From an uncultured Thermococci archaeon (lineage in GTDB: Archaea > Methanobacteriota_B > Thermococci > Methanofastidiosales > B48-G16), in contig CAZQQT010000008.1 of NCBI GenBank assembly GCA_964595645.1, positions 32,001 through 96,000 of the forward strand: a stretch of 64,000 nucleotides of DNA, in the 5' to 3' direction. The notes under the pieces are model-generated. The model saw nothing but the letters and a program-made list of their open reading frames with translations, was not told the origin of the DNA and made no database searches. A program made the position numbers and the translations under genes. Shown one piece after another: positions 9,429 to 19,226 of this stretch. The first letter of the stretch is position 1, and every line of letters starts with the position of its first letter.

Positions 9429-10793
9429 TTATTCTTTTTCCAGTGGGTATCTTGCGTTGTTCCACGCCATTATCCCACCTAACATATTTTTCACGTTGTC
9501 ATATCCATTTTTTTTCAGGACACTCGCAGCGATACTCGTTTTAAATCCGGAGTCACAGTAAATAATAACTGGACGATCTTTCGGTACTTTATTCATCTTT
9601 TCTCGAATGTGTCCAACGTAGATGTGCTGTGCGGAGGGAATATGTGCGTTCTTCCACTTATGAATGTCTCTTACATCGAGAATGAAGATATTATCATCAA
9701 GTCTGTTCTTAAGTTCGTGTACAGCCCAGATTTCTATACGTCCGATCTTCTCTGCATTTCTGTACCAGGTCGGGAAGCCGCCGCGAAGATAGCCGCGAAT
9801 GTTATCGTAGCCGAGGCGGATGAGGTATCGTACAGCATCTTCGAGGATATAATTCGATCTATCAACGAGAATAATCGGATCATCGTAGTTGAGTACCCAT
9901 CCACTAAATAAAGGGAGTCCATCATGCCATAAACTAATGCTCCCCGGGATATGTGCACCGGCGTAACTCTCTGGATGCCGAATATCTACTACTTGTGCAC
10001 CAGCGTCCATTTGTTCTTTTATTGTGTCTACCGTTAACGGTTCGGGCCGTGGAAGTGTGTAGAGAAGCGGCGGACCTTTCTTATTGTACTCTTCCATCCT
10101 TTTGAAGTAGGGGGGTGTGTAATGTTGTTCATTTACTTTATAGTCGATAAATTCCTCTTTGCTCATTTGAAGCAGAGAATTCGTTCTCCTTTCGTATCCT
10201 ACAGTAGTAATTTCAGTGTCGCTGATGTTTCCACCGCATACTGATCCTTTCCCGTGAGCGGGACATACAACGACATCATCACCCAGCGGTAAAATTTTAT
10301 TGACGATGCCGTTGTATAGCTTTTCTGCCATTTTTGGTGTATTCTTTTCCCCATAAAAATCAACTCTGCCGGTATCACCGGCAAAGAGGACGTCGCCGGT
10401 ACATACCATCAACACACCATTGGATACTGTACTGTCCTTCACCACAATGGAGATACTCTCATTTGTGTGTCCCGGCGTTTCAAGAATTTCCAATGTTAAC
10501 GTTCCCACAGAAAATGTGTCACCTTCCTTCACAGGATTGCCGTAGGCGAACTCCATTTGATGCCCATGATATATTTCTGCACCTGTTGTATGGGCAAGTT
10601 CCCGTGAGCCGATCACATAATCTTCGTTTCTGTGTGTCTCGAATATATATGTAATTCGTAGGTCATGGGCTTCTGCGTAATCGAGATAGACTTCACAGTC
10701 TCTTCTCGGGTCGATGACTGCTGCTTCTGTGCCAGATCCGATAAAGTACGAGTTATGGGCGAGACCTGCAGATTTTATTTTTTCAAATATCAT
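9429..10793 (-). CDS. MBL-fold hydrolase fused to two rhodanese domains
   Basis: ETHRNEDY, TPGHT, TGDVLF, PAHG; rhodanese DIR..AGAHIPG and YCDSGFKT. Confidence 0.88.
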   Translation of the reverse strand: MIFEKIKSAGLAHNSYFIGSGTEAAVIDPRRDCEVYLDYAEAHDLRITYIFETHRNEDYVIGSRELAHTTGAEIYHGHQMEFAYGNPVKEGDTFSVGTLTLEILETPGHTNESISIVVKDSTVSNGVLMVCTGDVLFAGDTGRVDFYGEKNTPKMAEKLYNGIVNKILPLGDDVVVCPAHGKGSVCGGNISDTEITTVGYERRTNSLLQMSKEEFIDYKVNEQHYTPPYFKRMEEYNKKGPPLLYTLPRPEPLTVDTIKEQMDAGAQVVDIRHPESYAGAHIPGSISLWHDGLPLFSGWVLNYDDPIILVDRSNYILEDAVRYLIRLGYDNIRGYLRGGFPTWYRNAEKIGRIEIWAVHELKNRLDDNIFILDVRDIHKWKNAHIPSAQHIYVGHIREKMNKVPKDRPVIIYCDSGFKTSIAASVLKKNGYDNVKNMLGGIMAWNNARYPLEKE

Positions 10794-10797
10794 GCTA

Positions 10798-11685
10798 TCA
10801 GTAAGGAGATTTACCTGTGACCGTGGGGTTCTTGGGATATGCACTCCATTCAGTAAATGAACCCTCGTAGATCTTCACTTTAGGATATTGAAGATACCAC
10901 TTGAGGAGTGTAAATTCGTTTGTTGCCTCACGACCAGTACCGCAGGAACAGATAATGGTTTTATCCTTCGTTACACCCCTTTCTTTGAGTATTTCACTGA
11001 TTTCATCGTCAGGTTTCAGCAGTTTTGTATTATCTGGATCCATCAAGCTTTTCCAGGGGAGATTTACTGCACCAGGTATATGTCCCGACTTGATCCATAC
11101 GGCCTGTCCTTCGTACATTGTCGGCGGCCGTGCATCGAGGAGTAGCACATCATCACGATCCTTCATTTTTTTGAATTCCTCGTATTCAACGAAGTATTCT
11201 TTTCGCACCTTTACGGTAAAATTGGATTCTCTAATTTTTGGGAATTCTTTTGTTAATGGTCTTTTTTCTTCTTTCCATTTATCAAGCCCGCCATCAAGTA
11301 TATAGACATTGTCATGTCCAAATTTAGCGAGAGAATATGCCATCATCGTCTGTTCTAGTCCATCGCCAAGTCCAGCAGCACACTTACTGAACGACGATCC
11401 GGGCCCGCTATAGATCACTACTGGATCCGTAGGATCGAAGCCCATACGACGGAAATTGGCTTGCATTGTTTTTTTAGGTACATACATAGCGGGCTGGCTA
11501 CCCAAATGGATACGTAGCAGTCCTTCATTGAAATATCGCGCGCTTGGAATATGCTCAAGAATATAGTCATGGATGTTCGGCTGCACATCTACTACCGTCA
11601 CCTCATCGAGATTTTCTTCTAACCATCCTGTAGATACCCACTTCACCTTTCCTTCTCCAGATGGATACGGGTATGTTTTTTTCAT
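10798..11685 (-). CDS. Tandem-domain thiosulfate/mercaptopyruvate sulfurtransferase (rhodanese)
   Basis: VSTGWL, LDGGLDKW, GHIPGA, active-site CGTGREA, YEGSFTEW. Confidence 0.9.
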   Translation of the reverse strand: MKKTYPYPSGEGKVKWVSTGWLEENLDEVTVVDVQPNIHDYILEHIPSARYFNEGLLRIHLGSQPAMYVPKKTMQANFRRMGFDPTDPVVIYSGPGSSFSKCAAGLGDGLEQTMMAYSLAKFGHDNVYILDGGLDKWKEEKRPLTKEFPKIRESNFTVKVRKEYFVEYEEFKKMKDRDDVLLLDARPPTMYEGQAVWIKSGHIPGAVNLPWKSLMDPDNTKLLKPDDEISEILKERGVTKDKTIICSCGTGREATNEFTLLKWYLQYPKVKIYEGSFTEWSAYPKNPTVTGKSPY

Positions 11686-11823
11686 ATTGTCACCTCCTTT
11701 TGTTATTTTTTTAGTACTATTATTAAATTCTTATTAATATTTATAATCCTTTCGCATCAGGTGTTATTGTTTTCATAATAAGGTATAAAAAGTCGTTTTA
11801 CAGGTGTATGTACAGGTGATAAA

Positions 11824-12060
11824 ATGGCAAATGTAACGGTATACACAACACCTACATGCCCCCACTGTAAACGAGTGAAGGATTTTCTTACAGAAAAGGG
11901 AATAGAATTCGAAGAAATAGATGTTTCATCCGATAAAGAGGCCGCCATGAAGATGGTGAAGAAATCGGGGCAAATGGCAGTACCACAAACTGAGTTTAAT
12001 GGAAATATTATTATAGGATTCGATAAAGAGGCACTGAAAACAGAAATAGCGAAGATGTGA
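11824..12060 (+). CDS. Glutaredoxin-like (NrdH/YruB type) protein
   Basis: YTTPTCPHC, GQMAVP, IIGFD; RBS ggtgat. Confidence 0.9.
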   Translation: MANVTVYTTPTCPHCKRVKDFLTEKGIEFEEIDVSSDKEAAMKMVKKSGQMAVPQTEFNGNIIIGFDKEALKTEIAKM

Positions 12061-12219
12061 AAAAAGGATAGAGATCCTAAAAAATACAACCGCTAATATT
12101 TTTTTAAAATTTATAAAGAGTCTCCTACTTTAATATGTATATATTACTTAATAAAAATCTTTTTAAAGAAAAGGAATAATACATTTAAAATCAAGCTTCA
12201 CAGCTAAAGGAGGAAGACA

Positions 12220-13146
12220 ATGCCCAAAAAGATTGTAGAGGTCAATACTTTAGTAAAAGAGTATAAAGATGTCACAGCGGTAAATGAAATATCCTTTGAT
12301 ATTTACCAAGGAGAAATTTTCTCACTTGTTGGACCCAACGGTGCAGGAAAAACGACGACCGTCGAGATACTTGAGTGCTTACGTAGTCCCACGAGCGGTA
12401 CTGCCACCGTGCTCGGATACGATATCCACAAGGAAGAAACAGCGATAAAAAAACGAATTGGCGTGATGCCACAGGATTTCAGTGGATTTGAACGTCTCAC
12501 CGTAAAAGAAAATGTAGAGCTGATTGCTCATGTGTACGAAGTGGAACCCAAAACAGAGGAGGTACTTAAGGATCTCGGTGTGTGGGGGGAGAGAGATAGA
12601 CAGTTTCACCAACTGTCAGGGGGGATGCAACGGCGCGTGGGAGTGTGCATGGCGCTCATCAGTGATCCCGATCTTCTCTTTCTGGATGAGCCGACCACGG
12701 GACTGGATCCTTATGCCCGTCGGGAGACATGGAGTGTGATACGGATGCTTAAGGATCTCGATAAAACGGTGCTCCTCACCTCTCATTACATGGATGAGGT
12801 AGAGCAGTTGAGTGATAGAGTTGGTGTACTGCTCGATGGAAAGCTTATCGCTACTGATACAGTCCATGATCTCGTCTCACAGTATGGTGGAGGAATCACA
12901 GTCAGAGTTAGAGGAGGAGAGGTTGGAAGGGTGCGGGATCTCCTTCAAAGATTTACCGATGAGATCTCCGAGAGAAAAAGTACGATCACAGGAAGATTTG
13001 CTAACAGAGAAGAGGCGAGTAAAGCTCTTACAGAGCTTTATCAGCTCGGCGATGGACATAAAATAGAGATCCTCGAGTCTGGAATGGATGAGGTGTTTAC
13101 TAAGATCGCAGGCGGGCGAGTAGATGAACGAGGTGACCTTGTATGA
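12220..13146 (+). CDS. ABC-2 type exporter ATP-binding protein
   Basis: GPNGAGKTT, LSGGMQRR, LFLDEPTTGLD. Confidence 0.92.
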   Translation: MPKKIVEVNTLVKEYKDVTAVNEISFDIYQGEIFSLVGPNGAGKTTTVEILECLRSPTSGTATVLGYDIHKEETAIKKRIGVMPQDFSGFERLTVKENVELIAHVYEVEPKTEEVLKDLGVWGERDRQFHQLSGGMQRRVGVCMALISDPDLLFLDEPTTGLDPYARRETWSVIRMLKDLDKTVLLTSHYMDEVEQLSDRVGVLLDGKLIATDTVHDLVSQYGGGITVRVRGGEVGRVRDLLQRFTDEISERKSTITGRFANREEASKALTELYQLGDGHKIEILESGMDEVFTKIAGGRVDERGDLV

Positions 13147-14405
13147 AACGTGCATTTGCAATATTTCGTGCACTGATAAAAGAGTGGCTTAGAAGCAAGA
13201 GTGGCATGTTTTTTTCACTGCTCTTTCCCATCATGCTTCTCCTGATCTTCGGTACTGTCTTCAGTGGTCAGGGGAGTACGCGGTATATGTTGCATGTCCA
13301 AAACCATGATCTTCAGAACGGAGAGCCTACCGAGATGTCTGAGAGATTTATTGAGGTACTGGAGAACACACAAATTTTTCAGGTAAAATCGCTGGAACCT
13401 AACGTTGATGTTGATGCGTATGTCAAGGAAAATCCATCTTTTGAGTACAGCTATCGTGTGTTGATTATTCCTGAAGGGTTTGAAGATGCAACGCTTAATA
13501 AAAGCATGGAACTCCGATTGACTGTCATGAGTGATACTTTTTCGAAAATAAAAGATTATTATGGGGGGTTTATGGGTGAGGAGGAACTCCAAGCCATGGA
13601 AAAAGGCCAAGAGCAGATGGAGCAGATGAAAACCATGATTTCCGGTTCCAAGGGGACAGAGCTCCAATTCTTAGTCCAGGGAAATGATATGTCCTCTAGC
13701 GCAATTCAAGGCATCCTCAGGAGCGTTATCAATGCGTTCAACAACCAGCTCATCGGTGTGGAGGAGCAAGCTATTGAAATAACGACAGATTCCCTTGCGA
13801 CAGAAGGGATCAGTGCAACGGATTATTACATTCCTGGCCTGATTGCCGCATTTATCATGACGAATGGTATCATTGGCGCAACGATTACCATTACAGAGCA
13901 CAGAAGAAATGGGACTCTGAAACGACTGGCCGCCACACCACTCCCCAAGAGCTCCTGGATACTTGGTAATATACTACAACAGGCAGTATTGGCATTTCTC
14001 CTCACGAGTATTATGGTCACAGCAGGATGGATCATTTTTGACGTTCAGGCTCTTCCAGGACCCTACGCGCTTATACTCATCTTTATTGGCTCAGTTACGT
14101 TTTCTGGAATGGCCATGGTGCTTGGAGGATTCATCAAGGATGTTGAGGCTGCAAGTGGTGCTGCAAATGCTATTGCGTTCCCTATGATGTTCCTTTCAGG
14201 AGCCTTTTGGCCCGTAGAGATGATGCCAAGTTATATGCAAACAATTGCTAAGGCACTTCCACTCTACTACTTCCACGATGGACTAAGGCAGATAATGATC
14301 TTTGACAACCCTTCAGAGGCAAAAATACCGTTTTTAATCATGACTGTCTTGGCAGCGACGTTTATTGTCATTGGAACAGCGGTAACAAAGTGGAAGGAAC
14401 TGTGA
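13143..14405 (+). CDS. ABC-2 type exporter permease
   Basis: N-terminal TM, large loop, RRNGTLKRL..TP, FLSGAFWP. Confidence 0.9.
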   Translation: MKRAFAIFRALIKEWLRSKSGMFFSLLFPIMLLLIFGTVFSGQGSTRYMLHVQNHDLQNGEPTEMSERFIEVLENTQIFQVKSLEPNVDVDAYVKENPSFEYSYRVLIIPEGFEDATLNKSMELRLTVMSDTFSKIKDYYGGFMGEEELQAMEKGQEQMEQMKTMISGSKGTELQFLVQGNDMSSSAIQGILRSVINAFNNQLIGVEEQAIEITTDSLATEGISATDYYIPGLIAAFIMTNGIIGATITITEHRRNGTLKRLAATPLPKSSWILGNILQQAVLAFLLTSIMVTAGWIIFDVQALPGPYALILIFIGSVTFSGMAMVLGGFIKDVEAASGAANAIAFPMMFLSGAFWPVEMMPSYMQTIAKALPLYYFHDGLRQIMIFDNPSEAKIPFLIMTVLAATFIVIGTAVTKWKEL

Positions 14406-14495
14406 GAAGTTCCTTTATTTTTTCATTTTTCTATTCTCAACGATTAAGTATATAATACAGTCCAATGTATAACAACATACAAAGGAGGAAACACC

Positions 14496-15182
14496 ATGAA
14501 GACATTAGGAATCATCGGAGGACTTGGTCCCGAGGCTACACTGGAGTACTACTATCTCATTAACGAAAAATACTATGAGAGACACCATAGTTACCCAGAG
14601 CTTCTCATATACAGTATGGACATGATGAACTTTCTCAAGATGGCGGGAGCAGAAGAGTGGGATCGCATGACGGAACTCTTGACAGGAGCAGTTACCTCGC
14701 TCCACAGAGCTGGGGCAGATGTTGCACTGATCGCGTCAAATACGCCTCATATTGTCCTTGATGATGTAGATGCCAATGCTCCTATTCCACTGATAAGCAT
14801 TGTAGAAGAGACTCTAAAAACTGCCGAAAAACATCACCTAGAGAATGTAGGCCTTCTTGGGACCAAATTCACCATGCGCGCAGATGTTTACCAGAAGGCA
14901 TTTTCAAGGAAAAATATCAAAATAACAACACCCAATAAAGATGAACAGGAATATATCCATACAAAGTTGGTAGAAGAGATTGGAATGGGGGAGATTGTGG
15001 AGGACACGCAACAGGAACTGCTTTCCATTATCAAAAGAATGATAGATGATGATTCAATCGATGGCGTGGTACTAGGATGTACAGAACTGCCTCTTATTCT
15101 TACAAAGAACGAGTTCGGTATTCCGTTTTTAAATACAACGGAGATTCATACAGATAGTGCACTGGATATAATGGAAGAATAA
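14496..15182 (+). CDS. Aspartate/glutamate racemase family protein
   Basis: GIIGGLGPEAT, ASNTPH, LLGT.FTM, LGCTELP. Confidence 0.88.
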   Translation: MKTLGIIGGLGPEATLEYYYLINEKYYERHHSYPELLIYSMDMMNFLKMAGAEEWDRMTELLTGAVTSLHRAGADVALIASNTPHIVLDDVDANAPIPLISIVEETLKTAEKHHLENVGLLGTKFTMRADVYQKAFSRKNIKITTPNKDEQEYIHTKLVEEIGMGEIVEDTQQELLSIIKRMIDDDSIDGVVLGCTELPLILTKNEFGIPFLNTTEIHTDSALDIMEE

Positions 15183-15239
15183 TCTGGTCAAGCAGGAAAA
15201 AATAAAAAGAGAGATATGAGATAAAGAGTAGGTGATCTG

Positions 15240-15734
15240 ATGATAGAAGGTACCGCTTTCAAGTATGGTGACGATATAAATACCGATGTGATATATCCTG
15301 GAAAATATGTATATAGAATGTTAGAGCCTGAAGAAATGGCTGAACACGCGTTGGAGGATCTCGACTCTACGTTTCCGGAGAGGGTCAGCGAGGGAGATAT
15401 AATCGTTGCGGGGAAAAATTTTGGTTGTGGTTCATCACGGGAACAGGCTGTGACCTGTCTAAAGTATGCTGGTGTTTCCGCGGTTATTGCAAAGTCCTTT
15501 GCACGAATCTACTACAGAAACTGTATCAATAACGGTGTGATTCCTATTGTATCTGAAGAGGCATCCGAGTATATCGAGGATGGCGATACGGTGAAAATTG
15601 ATGTGTTGAAGGGCAAAATTTCTACGAAGAACAAAGAGTTTGAGTTCATGCCCCTCCCTGAATCCGTAATGGAGATTATAGAGAGTGGCGGGCTTTTAAA
15701 ATATACAAAGAAGGTGATAGAATGCAAAAAATAG
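15240..15734 (+). CDS. 3-isopropylmalate dehydratase/homoaconitase small subunit (LeuD/HacB family)
   Basis: DDINTDVI, NFGCGSSREQA, SFARIYYRN. Confidence 0.9.
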   Translation: MIEGTAFKYGDDINTDVIYPGKYVYRMLEPEEMAEHALEDLDSTFPERVSEGDIIVAGKNFGCGSSREQAVTCLKYAGVSAVIAKSFARIYYRNCINNGVIPIVSEEASEYIEDGDTVKIDVLKGKISTKNKEFEFMPLPESVMEIIESGGLLKYTKKVIECKK

Positions 15735-16900
15735 TAACGATGCCTGGAGACGGCATAGGAAAGGTAGTGCTACCAGAGGCGTTGCGTGTACTGGATGCAG
15801 TTGGCTTCGAGGCTGATTATATCGAGGCTGATATTGGCTGGAAATTCTGGGTGAATGAGGGTGATCCCCTCCCCCAGCGAACAATCGATCTTCTTGAGAA
15901 GCATCGTATCGGACTCTTTGGAGCGATTACATCGAAACCAAAGGATGTCGCGGCAAAAGAGCTTTCTCCTGAACTTCATGGGAAGGAATTAGTATACTAC
16001 AGCCCGATTGTCCGGTTACGGCAGCATTTCGATCTCGATCTCTGTATACGCCCATGTAAAACATTTAAGGGGAATCCTCTCAACTTCATACGGCGGACGA
16101 AAGACGGAGAAGTTGAAGAGCCGGAGATCGATGTGGTGGTCTTTAGACAGAACACCGAGGGACTCTACGCAGGTGTCGAGTGGACCAACCCACCATCCGA
16201 GGTGAGAAAAGCGCTGGAGACACACCCAAAAATGTCAAAGTTTAAGGATGTTCCGGGAGAGGATCTCGCCGTCTCCACGAGGATATTCACCCGTCCTGCG
16301 TGTAAGAGAATCTTGACGGAAGCGTTCAAGTATGCGGAAGAGTTTGGGTACGGATCTGTCACCGTTGCCGAAAAACCAAATGTGATTCGTGAGACGTCGG
16401 GGATGATGAGGGAAGAAGCAATACAGATCTCGGAGGAATACCCTGAGATCGATCTATACTTTACCAATATTGATGCACAGATGATGTGGATGACGAAGAA
16501 TCCAGAGGACTACGATATTATTGTTGCAGGCAACATGTTCGGTGATATTGTCTCCGATGGGTTTGCAGGACTTACCGGAGGTCTCGGCTTCGCACGAAGT
16601 GCGAATGTTGGAAAGGACTGCGCCGTTTTCGAGCCTACTCATGGATCAGCACCGAAGTACGCCGATCTGGATCCCTGCATCGTTTCTCCGTTCGCTATGA
16701 TTCTCTCGGCTGCCATGATGCTGGACTACCTCAAAGAGTACGATATGGCTGAGAGGGTACGCGATGCCGTAGCAGAGGTCGTTGCCGAGGGGAAGGTCCG
16801 TTCCTACGATATGCTGAAGCTTAAAGGAGGTCCGGATGTACTCAAAAAAGGAGCCGCGTCGACCCCACAGATTACCGATGCGATAATTGACCATCTATAA
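15722..16900 (+). CDS. Isocitrate/isopropylmalate/homoisocitrate dehydrogenase family protein
   Basis: PGDGIG, RQNTEGLY, NMFGDIVSD, FEPTHGSAP. Confidence 0.9.
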   Translation: MQKIVTMPGDGIGKVVLPEALRVLDAVGFEADYIEADIGWKFWVNEGDPLPQRTIDLLEKHRIGLFGAITSKPKDVAAKELSPELHGKELVYYSPIVRLRQHFDLDLCIRPCKTFKGNPLNFIRRTKDGEVEEPEIDVVVFRQNTEGLYAGVEWTNPPSEVRKALETHPKMSKFKDVPGEDLAVSTRIFTRPACKRILTEAFKYAEEFGYGSVTVAEKPNVIRETSGMMREEAIQISEEYPEIDLYFTNIDAQMMWMTKNPEDYDIIVAGNMFGDIVSDGFAGLTGGLGFARSANVGKDCAVFEPTHGSAPKYADLDPCIVSPFAMILSAAMMLDYLKEYDMAERVRDAVAEVVAEGKVRSYDMLKLKGGPDVLKKGAASTPQITDAIIDHL

Positions 16901-16964
16901 AGAGTTCTACTACCTTTTTTTATTTTTTAACCAAACCTTATATACTGTTCTAAGAAGGAATATC

Positions 16965-18965
16965 ATGCGCGAACTGCTGCCCGACTACGCTGTGGAGAAA
17001 CTACAGGAACAGGGAATTACCGAACTTTTCCCACCGCAGCAGAAGGCTGTGGAGGCGGGACTCCTGGATGGGAAAAATCTTGTACTTGCCGTTCCAACAG
17101 CCTCTGGGAAGACGTTAGTAGCATTGATTGCGATACTCGATCACATTAGAAAGGGAGGTAAAGCGGTATACATCGTCCCATTGCGGGCGTTGGCCGAGGA
17201 GAAGTACAGGGAGTTCTCAGAGTTTTGTAGCTGTGTGCTTTCTTCTGGTGATTACGATTCAAAGGATAGCTATCTCACGGAGTACGATTGTATCATCACC
17301 ACGAGTGAAAAGTGTGACTCGCTGTTGCGGCACTCCAAACAGTTCTTCGATGATGTGACTCTCGTGGTAGCGGATGAGGTGCATCTGATCAACTCATCGA
17401 GGCGGGGTCCGACGCTGGAGATGACCCTCGCTAAACTGAAGGACAAACAGCTACTGGCCCTCTCTGCCACGATATCCAACGCAGAGGAGATTGCGGAATG
17501 GCTGGACGCTAACCTCGTATACTCGGAGTGGAGACCCGTGCCCTTGAAAATGGGGGTCTGTGTGAAGGATACGGTCTACTACACCGACGATAAGCGGAAA
17601 ATATCGTATAAAAAAGATTCAATTTCCTCTCTCTGTTGTGAGACCATCGGCGAGAACGGGCAGGTGCTGGTCTTCGTTAATACCCGGAGGTCCGCACAGG
17701 CCGTGGCAAAACGACTCAGACGCCACAACTTTGCGGATCTCGATATCTCCTTCTCGAATACGCAACTAGGTGAACTTCTGGAGCGATGTGCCCGGAAAGG
17801 GGTAGCCTTTCACCACGCGGGACTGGCGAGAGAGGATAGGAACAAGGTGGAAGAGCAGTTCAAAAACACCAACCTGAAGGTCATCGTGGCTACCCCCACC
17901 CTGGCGGCGGGTGTCAACCTTCCTGCGAGAAGAGTGCTTATCAGGGACTACAGGAGGTATACGGATCTGGGGTACAGAAAGATCCCGGTGCTCGAGATAA
18001 AACAGATGATGGGGAGGGCCGGGAGACCCGAGTACGATAGTGAAGGAGAGGCGCTTCTCATTGCAAAAAATAAGGAGAAGAAGGAGATGCTCTTTGAAAC
18101 ATATATTAACGAGGAGACCGAGCCCATCACCTCCAAACTTGCCAACCCCACAGTGATGAGGGCACATATCCTCGCGCTGGTAGCTTCTCACTACGCCAAT
18201 AACGAAAAAGAACTCAAAAATTTCCTCGAACGAACGTTTTATAATTTTCAACAAGATATCAACAGCAGTTACGACAAAATATTGGATATTGTTGAATTTC
18301 TAGAGAAAAACGATTTAATAAAAAAGTATAGGGCTACACGGTTCGGGAGACGCGTGTCCCACCTCTACATCGATCCAAAAACCGCGATAATCTTTCGAGA
18401 TGCACTTGCAGATACGATGACATGTTTTGGGATTCTCCACACGGTAACGGCAACCCCGGATCTCCGTTCTCTCTACCTGCGAAAGGGAGATTACGATACG
18501 TACGACAGCGTTGTTGTAGAGAGACAAGAGGAATTCCTCGTGGAGGTACCCGACTACTGGTACGAACCAGACGAGTACGAGATGTTCCTCTCAACGGTGA
18601 AGACGGCATCGTTATTTCATGAGTGGACACAGGAAAAAGAAGAGGAAACGCTCTATGAGAAGTATCACACGTATCCTGGCGATTTTTACAGGATGCGGCA
18701 GATTGCAGACTGGCTTCTCTACTCCTTCACCGAAGTCGCGAAACTCTTCAGCCATTCATATCGGGAGATCGAGCAGACGCGAAGGCGGTTGAAGTACGGC
18801 GTGAGAGAGGAGCTCCTCCCGCTGGTGAAAATCAAGAACATTGGACGGGTGCGGGCACGACGGTTGTACGACAATGGGATCCACAATATGAGGGATATAC
18901 AGCACGCGGATCTCGAAACACTAGAGCACATTCTCGGGAAGAAGACGGCACGTTCGTTGAGGTAG
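16965..18965 (+). CDS. hel308: ATP-dependent DNA helicase Hel308/Hjm
   Basis: LFPPQ, PTASGKT, DEVH, LSAT, FHHAGL, QMMGRAGRP, HhH IGRVRARRLY. Confidence 0.92.
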   Translation: MRELLPDYAVEKLQEQGITELFPPQQKAVEAGLLDGKNLVLAVPTASGKTLVALIAILDHIRKGGKAVYIVPLRALAEEKYREFSEFCSCVLSSGDYDSKDSYLTEYDCIITTSEKCDSLLRHSKQFFDDVTLVVADEVHLINSSRRGPTLEMTLAKLKDKQLLALSATISNAEEIAEWLDANLVYSEWRPVPLKMGVCVKDTVYYTDDKRKISYKKDSISSLCCETIGENGQVLVFVNTRRSAQAVAKRLRRHNFADLDISFSNTQLGELLERCARKGVAFHHAGLAREDRNKVEEQFKNTNLKVIVATPTLAAGVNLPARRVLIRDYRRYTDLGYRKIPVLEIKQMMGRAGRPEYDSEGEALLIAKNKEKKEMLFETYINEETEPITSKLANPTVMRAHILALVASHYANNEKELKNFLERTFYNFQQDINSSYDKILDIVEFLEKNDLIKKYRATRFGRRVSHLYIDPKTAIIFRDALADTMTCFGILHTVTATPDLRSLYLRKGDYDTYDSVVVERQEEFLVEVPDYWYEPDEYEMFLSTVKTASLFHEWTQEKEEETLYEKYHTYPGDFYRMRQIADWLLYSFTEVAKLFSHSYREIEQTRRRLKYGVREELLPLVKIKNIGRVRARRLYDNGIHNMRDIQHADLETLEHILGKKTARSLR

Positions 18966-19226
18966 AAATAAATAAAATTTTCTCTTATTCCTGTCGGCAA
19001 ATTGTACACGTAATTAATAAGTTCTCATTTACTATTATTTTGCTCTGAAGGTAGAGAGAGGGTAATCAAGATATTTATTTTTCATTCTTATCTCTTGGAA
19101 AATCCAACAGATGTAGCTAGCCGAGCTAATGTTATCCAACTATATATCGTCTGTTTAATGACTATTGAGTAAACGACCAATGCACTATAGAAAAATCTTT
19201 TAATATTCGTGTCAACAACAGCATAT

